NCBI GenBank assembly: GCA_016748015.1
Contig: JAAOMT010000402.1
Coordinates: 111,381 to 120,102, forward strand
Source of the DNA: Geosiphon pyriformis uo1
Taxonomy: Eukaryota; Fungi; Glomeromycota
Length of the DNA stretch: 8,722 bases
Direction: 5' to 3'
The notes below the pieces were generated by a model, which worked only from the letters and a program-made list of their open reading frames with translations, made no database searches and was not told where the DNA came from. Positions 1 to 8,397 of this stretch are shown here, piece by piece. Numbering within the stretch: position 1 is the stretch's first letter; each line of letters starts with the position of its first letter. The position numbers and the translations under genes are program-made.

Positions 1-733
1 GATATAATAACATATATTTGTTGAAAATTGCAAATGTATTTCTTACATATTTATATAAATTTTATTAAAATTTATATACATTGTTACCAGAAGATTTTCA
101 CACTTTTCAATGCAAAAATTACAACACATACAATGAAAATTAACATTAAAATCATGCAAAAAAAGCCTACATCATTGCACTTAATCAACAAAATCAGCCG
201 GCAATCTGGAAATAAATGATCAGCAATCAATCTAATTACAACAAAGAAATATGGCACAATCCAACAGTTTAACTAAGTTAGATATAAAGAAATTTTGACA
301 AACTAAGAAACACCAATGGAAATGAATAATTGATATATGTAATCAGATAACAACAGATTTTGTTATGCTCCAAAATTTTCCCATACTCTTATTAGAACAA
401 TCTAACATTCCAGATCTGCAATCAATAGTTAAAAGTAGTTACCAAGAAATGTAATCAATTGATCTATTTCTGATTATGTTGATCATATCACAATTGGTAT
501 TATTGATTTACAATCAATGTTTTAGATCCAACCATCTAAAATCTGATCATCTAAATTACTAGCTCTTGGATAAATAATAGGCTGAGTAAGCTCATCATGA
601 ATTGATTAATTAAATGTATATAAATAATTGATGTATTTTAAATAGTTATAATATAGTATATAGATCTAATGTAATTTAGCTATATATACAGCCCTTCTGT
701 CAGCTCAAAAAAGTATCAATTTAATACTGAGCC

Positions 734-765
734 AACTCTTCACTATAGTTTTATAGTGAGCAGTT
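734..765. repeat. Inverted repeat / hairpin in the left flank
   Basis: TCACTATA (740-747) GTTT TATAGTGA (752-759), extendable through one wobble pair and one mismatch to AACT (734-737) / AGTT (762-765). Confidence 0.6.
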
Positions 766-1076
766 AGTCTTTTTCTCTATTCTTTACACACACTCTCCAT
801 TTTTTATGCTTTAAATACTTGTCATCACAATCTCAAGTATGTCTTTCCATATTCTTTATCACCATTTGGAATCACATTGTTTATAATCTTTTACTTATTT
901 GTTATCACTATTTTAAGTTGTTCTATTACTTCCGATCTTTTAAATCATGTATTATTACTATATCACATTAAGTCTTGTTTTACTAAACAAGTTGTTAAAT
1001 ATAAAAATAAGTAATAAAGTATCACATTGTTAGAGAGTAGTCTCAACAATAAAAAGTTTATTTCAGTTATGTTTGA

Positions 1077-1100
1077 CTTTTATAATTCCTTTTATAATTC
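1077..1100 (+). repeat. 12-bp tandem duplication (CTTTTATAATTC)x2
   Basis: Two exact copies, followed by a degenerate CTATAACTTC. Confidence 0.6.
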
Positions 1101-1562
1101 CTATAACTTCGTTTTCAAAATGAGCATTTGAACACTACACCCTTTCAATGACTAATTGAAAGAATTCTGGTTATGTATTTCTTTGAGTAGTTGGTTTTAC
1201 TTCTTGTTACTGATTGTGCTTTTGATACATATAAAGAAATGTGACTTTTTTTTCCCCTTTTCAAATACCTAAGACTGGTTCTTGCCCAAAAACAAATAAT
1301 AATGACAATACTTTCTTTCACTTTTAATGACTTTATTACATATCTCTTTTGCTTTCCCACCTACTAAAATAGTTTATACACTCATAATATGCTATAGTCA
1401 GTAGTATAATCATGGTAATGTGTGTTTTAGATGAAAGTTATTGTCATTGCTAAGAAGTTACAAATCCTGTAACTTTCACCCAGTAACAACATTTTTAAAA
1501 TTACATATATATTCTATACAATTCAAATATATTTAATAAGCATTTAAATATTAAAAATATAT

Positions 1563-1588
1563 TTATTATTATTATTTTTTTATTATTA
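1563..1588 (-). repeat. (TAA)n / A-rich 3' tail of the LINE
   Basis: The plus strand reads (TTA)4 TTTTT (TTA)3, immediately distal to AATAAA. Confidence 0.75.
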
Positions 1589-1592
1589 TGCA

Positions 1593-1598
1593 TTTATT
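1593..1598 (-). terminator. Polyadenylation-signal-like AATAAA at the LINE 3' end
   Basis: The minus strand reads ...TACTC-AATAAA-TGCA-TAATAATAAAAAAATAATAATAATAA, ~110 nt after the ORF2 stop. Confidence 0.6.
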
Positions 1599-1651
1599 GA
1601 GTAAAGTTCAACCACTGTCTAGTATACAGAGCCAAACTAAGAGGCCCAAAC

Positions 1652-1672
1652 TAAATGCAGCTCATGCATTTA
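1652..1672 (-). promoter_or_regulatory. 3' UTR stem-loop (8-bp perfect stem TAAATGCA/TGCATTTA, 5-nt loop)
   Basis: Perfect inverted repeat at 1652-1659 and 1665-1672. A role as an RT recognition signal is inferred by analogy with other LINE 3' UTRs. Confidence 0.5.
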
Positions 1673-2208
1673 CTATATGTGGCTAGCCATTCAGGCCAGA
1701 CAAGGCAATACTACATACTTATAACAACACAAGGATTAAAATCCAAACCAGAAAAAAAAAAACTAGGTCTATGACAGCCAAAACTAACAGAAAACAAACC
1801 CAAAACACCAAGTAATCATATCATACCATCAGACAACACAGCTGTCTTGCAACATAACAAACCTGATATCACTTCATCATCTCCAACCGAACCAACCTTC
1901 TCTATGCTCATCTTATAACTAGATCTTACCAGCCAAACTCTATAATAGTACATCTCAGCAACACTTCTTACAAAATTGACAACAATGCCAACAGTCATTT
2001 TCCTGTTTTTAAGGACCTCCACAGTCTCTAAACACCAATCACTCATAACAAATCCCTTATACATAGCTAAATATAAGCTGATATCTGAGGAACAACAACT
2101 GAGAAACCATAGAACAGCAGAAGAGGATAAGACACAAGAACCCATTAAAGAAACCCAAGATGCAACGGTCTCAGCAAAAATCCCATTATGAACATCAGCA
2201 TCCATGGC

Positions 2209-2256
2209 ACAAAAAAACACATGATCAGGCAACTCCAACTCCCTACACAATAAACA
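2209..2256 (-). other. C-terminal Cys/His zinc-binding motif of ORF2 (CLLCRELELPDHVFFC)
   Basis: CX2CX7HX3C located after RT/RNase H, the typical position for LINE ORF2 zinc motifs. Confidence 0.85.
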
Positions 2257-2602
2257 CAGCACACCAGAGTAATTTTTTTCATACAATCTCTTTCGAATAG
2301 CCATAGGGAAGTGATAGTGCACAGCTTTCATCAAATAAAACTGCAGCACAGAAAACTTCTAGCTAGTAGACCTAGTAAGCATGTGCGAGTTAGGATGCCA
2401 CACCTTCAAGGTAGCATTCCATTCCACACATTCAATCAAACTACTCTGAATTATATTGCAGCTAGGCCCAGCCTCCCAATGCATGTGGCACACAGACCTA
2501 AACATATTCCTAACAAAATGGCAGGTATTACCAGACATGACTGAACCTTCAGCAATCAAAAGCCATTCCTGCACCCCAACAGACAAGAAAAACTGAGAAC
2601 AT

Positions 2603-2902
2603 AGTAGCAGCACCAGCAGCAGCATCAGCTTCAATGTTGCCATAAACACCAGAATGACCTTTAACTTTTATCCAACTCATACTCAAATCCTTCTTCCTAA
2701 CCAAATTAAAAATGTGACATCTTTTTATCCAGTATAGAACTCGGAAGTCAGGCACCAGAAGAGACAACTCAGTCAAAGTGGAAGACAATAAACCACAGAC
2801 CTTAACACCAATACTACAGTCGATAGCAAGAAAGTACGCAGCAGCACCATCAACAACACCAGAAGAGCCATAATCTTTTAACGAACTATCTGTATAAATC
2901 AC
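2603..2902 (-). other. RNase H domain of ORF2 (internally deleted)
   Basis: IYTDSS (Asp 2888-2890), STLTEL (Glu 2768-2770), WIKVKGHSG and GNIEAD (Asp 2624-2626). The central 'xDSq' Asp segment is absent. Confidence 0.88.
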
Positions 2903-3775
2903 AAAAGAACCAGATCATAACTCATGTAAACTACTATGCAAATTAGAAAATTTCTCAGAAGCCAGAATGTCCAAACCAGAAAGCCAATTAGCCCTAGCCA
3001 GACCAGATGACAAAGCATCATCATCATGCAAAAACCTAGATGTAATTTCAAACTAATGAAGAACAGACCCTCTTGGGTCGAGTCTCTTCTACTGGTGAAA
3101 AGTTTTCCAATCCATCACATAACCTTTCTTATCAAGCAACCTGTCTCCAAAGACAACACCAAATCACTTCAAAGAACAAACAAAACCAAAGTAAGAAGTG
3201 CTCCCCAGTACCAATAACATAGAAAAATTACCAGGACCATGGAAATCACAAGACAGATTATTCATCAGAGACAGCTCATTACCCAAAAAAATCTTAACCA
3301 CACCAGCCAAAAAATTGTTCACAGGACTAATCTGCAACTTGACAGAAAACTGCAGGGGGTCCAAAGGAGCCCAACTCAGAACCTGCAAATCCAGGAATCT
3401 ATGATCAAACAAACGCCCCAAAATGCTCAAAGCATTAGAAAATACAACCACAGCAGCCAATTTGCTCTCAGCCTGTATCTGCTTGAAAAATTTCAGGTTA
3501 TACAATAAGGGATGATGCAAGGCAGCATCAGGAAAATCATAAGGGAGACCAGCTTTAAGTTTAAGGCCCTTTTTGACCAAGGCATCTCACTTGTGGCACA
3601 CATTTAAAAAAACAAAGCTGAATTAAATATGATAGTTGACAATGGGCTGCAAAATGGCTGACACCAAATATGAGAATTGCTTGTCTGTAATAGCTTTTCT
3701 GAGCAATACATTGACAAAAAAACAAACATCTGAATGAGTCTTGGCCAAACTAGGCTTAGACAAATCCTCTGTTGA

Positions 3776-4742
3776 CAAAAAGATTCCCAAATATCTGTGT
3801 GTTTTGCCCCTTTTGGCAATAGAAATTGGCTGCCCATTAATATTGAGAAAAGCAATTTTAACATCTTGATTAATAGGAATGGTCACAGTTTTCTCACTAT
3901 TGATAGAAATATCATTAATTGTAAAAAATTCACTAGCAATGTTCAAGGCATACTGCATTGATGTTTGGCAATCTCTGATCCAAATGGTGTCATCAACAAA
4001 TGCTCCAGCTGCAAAAAAGAAAAACATCTCACCACTACTTTTAATTCTGCCCAATTTAACCACAAACTTAGTATCAATCTGGTACCCACATAAATGTTTA
4101 TGTCTTTTGACTTTACACAATAGTAGATCATAAAAAATCTTCCATAGAAGGGGTGAAAAAACCTCACTCTGATTCAAACCATCATGTACTCTATAACCAT
4201 TTGAGAGACCAAAATCAGTTATTATCCTGTTAATCCTATTCCTATGAATATTGCCAAAAAACTTGATAAACCTGTCATACATTTTGATATGTCATAAGCT
4301 GGTCTCAAGACAGTACCAACTAACAGAGTCATATGCCTTATGCATATCTTGCAAAACCAACCAAAGTTCCTTATTCTTCTCAAGAGCATTTTCAACCACC
4401 AACCCAACAGCGAACACTAAAACCTGAGTAGAAGTACCCTTTAACACTGAAAAATTGTCACTGTGGAGAACACCAAACTTGCTGCAAGCAAAAAAAATTC
4501 TATCTGAAAGTATTTTGGAGAGAATCTTTCTAGCCATCTCAATTAAAGCAATAGGACAGGTATTTGTAAGAATTCTATCTCAATCATAAGATTTAGGGAT
4601 CATTGAGACCTATGCTCTTCTCCACAAAACAGGCACTGCACCAACAAAGAGACATTCATTCAATAGCGCCAAAAGACATTATCTTCTCACCACTATGCTT
4701 CCAAAGTTCATTCGGAATGCTAGACAAGCCAGTGGCTTTGCC
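3776..4742 (-). other. Non-LTR reverse transcriptase domain of ORF2
   Basis: GKATGLSSIPNELWK (domain 0), V(S)MIPK...PIALIE, LQDMHKAYDSV (Asp at 4346-4348), GLNQSEVFSPLLW, AFVDD (FVDD at 3989-4000), INSEKT and YLGIFL. Confidence 0.95.
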
Positions 4743-5609
4743 ATCAGACAGACCACCAACAACTAAAAGCAACTTACCTATGCTTATTACATTCATCACA
4801 CCAGAAAAAGCATCATCTCAAACATAGTCCAAAGGTGCATACTGGTAAGCTTAGAGATTAGACAGTGCAGAAGGCACCACATGTTTTCTTGTCCAACTTT
4901 CCATAATCCTGTCAACATTCAATCTCACATCTTCTGAATCCAACACCAGCTCATCATCAACTACCAAGTGATCCAATACCACCTTCTGAAAGGGTCTATC
5001 TAAAACACTTCTAATCATACTGCCTTTGTCCAAACAAAACTTCTCCATGCATTTCTCAATAGCTGCTCTAATAGAAGCCTTCTGCACCAATTTCAATTCA
5101 TACATCTTGAACTTCCTGTATTTTTTTCTGACAATTGACAAATACTTAAGAATGTCCATCAATTTTTAACTAGCATAAACTATTTTCCTTAACACGAGAG
5201 CTTTATCAGCATCTAAAGTTGACCATATTCTTACAAAGCAATTGAACCCAAAAGCATCATCAGATTCCAACTTTTTAACAATCTTGGCAATCAACAGCTT
5301 CAGTCCCAAAAACTTAGAAGACCACTTATTTTTTGAACACTAAAAATCACTGAACCATTGCCTAGAAAAGACCTCATCCACAGAACCTACCAATGCTCCT
5401 TCTAGTAGTAACCACATAGCTTCCAAATCATGATTTACAGCTGTGACAAGAAATCTATTCTTTATTACCAAAATTTTTGAGAAAGAGCAATCTCTAAAGT
5501 GAGACCATCCAATGCTGTCTATATCTTTAATTTTGAATTTCCATTGATCCTTGTTAGCCTGTTTGTGCAAACTATTCAACTAAACATCCAGAAGTCCACC
5601 CAGACCAAC

Positions 5610-6290
5610 CAACACCACCACAGCATTATGATCTGTATCAAAAAAATCAGAAACAAAACTGACCCAGTGTTTCACAACAGTAGAAGATAGACTTCTATTA
5701 ACAAAAATGTAATCAATGGTCCTCTCAACATCTCTTGAATTGCACCACGTAGAAGCCTTAACTAAATGATGACCATTGAATAAATTGACCAAACCCAAAC
5801 TTGAACAGAACTTGAAACTTGCACTTCTTTCAAAACTGCACTTATTAAAATCCCCACTCAATACCACAAAAGTGCTGGTGTTAACAGTCTTAGCAATAAT
5901 AAAATTAACCTTAGACATTTGTTCAAGATAGACGCCAGTAGAAGCACCAGTATACAAACTGAAAACAGTCACCAAAAGCTTGCTCTTGAACAGAAGCCAC
6001 ACTGAAATAACCTGACCAGGAACTGCCTTAACTTTAGAAATATGACAAGCCAAAGAATTGTTCATAACAACAGCAACACCAGCACCAAGATATTCAATAT
6101 TCAGACCAAAAGTAAAAATCTGAACTCCATCATATTTATTCTTGATCCAAAGCCCAGAGAAAAACTTCAACTTAGTCTCAGTAATGAAAGAAACCGTATT
6201 TTCAGAACTTATATGCCAGCAAACAACATCCATCTGCTTTGCAGGAACATTGATACCTCGAACATTGCACGTAGCAAATTTCCAAACCAA
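5610..6290 (-). other. APE-type (EEP superfamily) endonuclease domain of ORF2
   Basis: Motifs TCNVRG, FITETK, GVAVVM, GDFN, TIDYIF and TDH (His at 5628-5630) occur in canonical order. This domain is uninterrupted by stops. Confidence 0.93.
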
Positions 6291-6295
6291 ACCAC

Positions 6296-8263
6296 TTATT
6301 GGGATGAAGAAAGTAACAGGAAACCAGAACCAGAATACAAATGATCCAATCTGATCAACACCAAACTAATTGAAGCTTCCAAAGACATCAATTTCGACTC
6401 CAATCTACCCACCTTGGTGGTTAGAATCTTGGAGCTACTCGAACTAAAACCAAAAGTACCATCAACAACAGCAGAGAAAAAGAGAGCAGAAGGCTCTGGT
6501 GCACCATTCAAAACCATATCCAAGTGAGATTCTGGAGTCAAAGATGCAGAAACAGCCAAAAAAAGCTCATAAGAAACAGACAGCAAAGGCACTAAGTCCA
6601 CAAAGCTCAACTTTCTCATTATATTAGAAACCTGATTGGTCAAAAGCTCCAAAAACCATTCCATAGATGCCAAGCAATCAAACAAACCAGAGACACCATG
6701 AGAATTGACACTGTTAAAAGAAGACCCAGCACCAAGATAAAATTTAGTGCCAGGAGACAAACCAGCACTTAAAAAAGGTGAAAAACCCGAAAGAGAAGAG
6801 AAACCACCCACAACTTGAGCCTAAGTTTTGCCACCGAAAGAAGTTGAACAAATAATAAGTGCCTGCTTTTTCTTATAAATATTGGCCAGGTGAACCTGAT
6901 CATGATTAGTCACCATCCACTTCCCATGAACTTCAGAATTCTCACCAACTGAACACATATCAGAAACATGACCAAATTGTTTACATTTGGCACAACAAGC
7001 CAGAGAAAGACCAGCTCATTGCAAATTTACACTCTTAAAAACTGGAACAGAACCAATAGCAGCCAATTTGGATGCTTCATTATCAAAACACATTATCACA
7101 CATCTATTATGTACATATGAACTGGGATTATGACCAATAAAGCAAGTTTTCCCACCATATGATTCCAACAAATCAGAAAGATCAAAAGCTGTCGTACCAA
7201 CAGAAAGAGTATAAAGCAATACCCAATGTAGATCTCTGGAAATCTATGATTGCTTGTTATCAACAGCTTTTGCCACACAAACAGAATCCTTTCTCATGAA
7301 GATAGATCACCTAGCTGCAACCAAATTAGCTATTTCAGATGACTCAAATTCTACCAAGGCTTTTTGTCACAGACCAATTAGTTGTATTTTGATTGAAACA
7401 ATTTTTCCAAACTTAGAAAAAACAAATTCTACAGCTGATTTAGAAAGATCAACCAGAATCTTCTTAACAACAATTTCTTTATCCAAACAACTGCTAATCT
7501 TTTTGAGAATATTATTTACCACAATTTTCTTACAAATTGTCAATTCTTTTGTCTTATTCATGCTAGATTCAAAAGTAAACAAAGATCTGATGATTTCTGG
7601 GAATTTTGAAGAAGTAAAAGCTCTCCCAAAACCATTCACATGATAGAAAATTTTTTTTACACAAATCAATTTATTACCAACTGTCTTAGCAGAAACAGCC
7701 GAAAGTTCAATATCAAGTACAAAAAATTTCGATGAATTGAAGCTCCATTTCTCTGGGGCATGTAATTTGAGTGGCGGCAGCTTATTGGATTCCAAAACCA
7801 TACAAGGAGAAAAAACCATTTCATTATTGTCATTATCATTCAAACAGTTGAATGAGAGTTGCTTTGGTAGGTTTCCCAACACATATGTTTAGGTGTGAGT
7901 TTTCTTTGGTGTAGTTTTGTTCATATCATCATTCTCATCTGACTTTGCATAGCTGGTCTCTTTGGCTACTGTGTTTGCCATATTTTTAACATCTGAGATT
8001 TTGCCCACACTGCTAGTAATACTGCCAACTTTGCTGTTCCAAGATGTTACAGACTTAATGCCAGCATCACTAATATCTTTTAAGCTCAGAGGTCCTGTAG
8101 ACGAGTCAATCATGTTGCTGGCCACACTCTTCTTTGGTTTTTTGTATGATGTACTATGAGAGTAGATGGTATCTAATCAATTCTTTTTAGCATTTAGGCA
8201 GGTCCCCAAACCAGCTGAAACCAAGCCAAACCCACCAGTAGACAAGCCTACTGGTTCTATCAT
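6296..8263 (-). pseudogene. LINE ORF1 (gag-like nucleic-acid-binding protein), inactivated by nonsense mutations
   Basis: Starts at ATG 8263 (MIEPVGLSTGG...). Fragments 7889-8125, 7367-7882, 7016-7219 and 6296-6811 are all in one frame. In-frame stops at 8177, 7889, 7367, 7307, 7244, 7016 and 6821; terminal TAA at 6296-6298. Contains RRM-like segments (EIVVKKILVDLSKSAVEFVFSKFGKIVSIKIQLIGL*QKALVEF; LLYTLSVGTTAFDLSDLL...CVIMCFDN) and a CX2CX4HX4C knuckle. Confidence 0.9.
6953..6994 (-). other. CCHC zinc knuckle in ORF1 (CAKCKQFGHVSDMC)
   Basis: Manual translation downstream of the TGA at 7016-7018 gives an exact CX2CX4HX4C motif. It is not in the supplied ORF track. Confidence 0.92.
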
Positions 8264-8358
8264 GACAAAAGGGGTTGTGTTAGAAGAAATAACTTGAATA
8301 AACTAAGGAAAAAGGAATAAAGCAAAGTGATTTCTTTCAAAAATTCTTTCGCTTTCAT
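8260..8358 (-). CDS. Putative 32-aa upstream ORF in the LINE 5' UTR (MKAKEFLKEITLLYSFFLSLFKLFLLTQPLLS)
   Basis: ATG at 8358, open to TGA at 8262-8260, which overlaps the ORF1 ATG (8263-8261). The ORF is directly visible; whether it is functional is unknown. Confidence 0.35.
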   Translation of the reverse strand: MKAKEFLKEITLLYSFFLSLFKLFLLTQPLLS

Positions 8359-8397
8359 AGTGACCAGGGGATTGATGAGAAAAGAAATTTTTCTTTT

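Larger units (their letters stand above)
1711..6299 (-). pseudogene. LINE ORF2 polyprotein (endonuclease-reverse transcriptase-RNase H-zinc motif), inactivated
   Basis: Fragments 5580-6290, 5340-5579, 4851-5162 | 4292-4537, 3623-4282, 3164-3580, 2549-2902 | 2359-2649, 1816-2349 join, with frameshifts at ~4679 and ~2602. Premature stops at 5580, 5340, 5166, 4851, 4818, 4610, 4580, 4292, 3623, 3587, 3164, 3089, 3053, 2915, 2359 and 1816. The frame continues LLGVLGLFSVSFGCHRPSFFFSGLDFNPCVVISM to TAG at 1711-1713. The start is inferred as ATA (from ATG) at 6299. Confidence 0.95.
1563..8397 (-). mobile_element. Full-length, degenerate non-LTR retrotransposon (LINE): ORF1 plus ORF2 (APE-RT-RNase H-zinc motif), 5' UTR, 3' UTR and (TAA)n tail
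   Basis: Collinear minus-strand fragments carry gag-knuckle, APE, RT, RNase H and CCHC-like motifs in canonical LINE order. The 3' end shows AATAAA (1598-1593) and a (TAA)n tail. Composition changes sharply to very AT-rich flanks near 1560 and 8400. No LTRs, protease or integrase seen. The 5' boundary is approximate (8379-8397). Confidence 0.96.

Noticed and set aside
28-219. 63-aa plus-strand ORF
   Set aside because: TTG start, I/K/N-rich composition typical of AT-rich noise, no motif.
820-1031. Recurring ATCAC(ATTGTT) motif (exact 11-mer at 871-881 and 1021-1031) as a CRISPR-like or tandem array
   Set aside because: Spacing is irregular and the copies are short and degenerate in AT-rich DNA, with no constant repeat-spacer structure.
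1145-1360. 71-aa minus-strand ORF
   Set aside because: GTG start in a eukaryotic context, no recognisable motif, short.
1752-1762. A11 run as a poly(A) tail or frameshift site
   Set aside because: It lies within the ORF2 C-terminus (S-F-F-F-S on the minus strand), preserves the frame, and is in the wrong orientation for the element's tail.
3623-4742. Bacterial RT system (retron, group II intron, DGR) or LTR retrotransposon
   Set aside because: The N-terminal APE domain, gag-knuckle ORF1, non-LTR RT motifs and 3' tail, together with no LTR, integrase or protease, identify a eukaryotic LINE.
3604-7278. Alternative-frame minus-strand ORFs (3604-3864, 3943-4167, 4222-4407, 7096-7278)
   Set aside because: They overlap the motif-bearing RT/ORF1 frame out of phase and have no independent coding features.
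1976-8159. Numerous plus-strand ORFs (e.g. 1976-2191, 3239-3508, 6042-6344, 7254-7643, 7962-8159)
   Set aside because: They are antisense shadows of the LINE ORFs. The T-poor plus strand has few stop codons, and the products have no recognisable motifs.
1711-8263. Alternative genetic code or stop-codon readthrough as an explanation for the in-frame stops
   Set aside because: All three stop types occur at positions implying different residues (Trp, Gln, Arg), and there are frameshifts and a catalytic-core deletion. Mutational decay explains this better.
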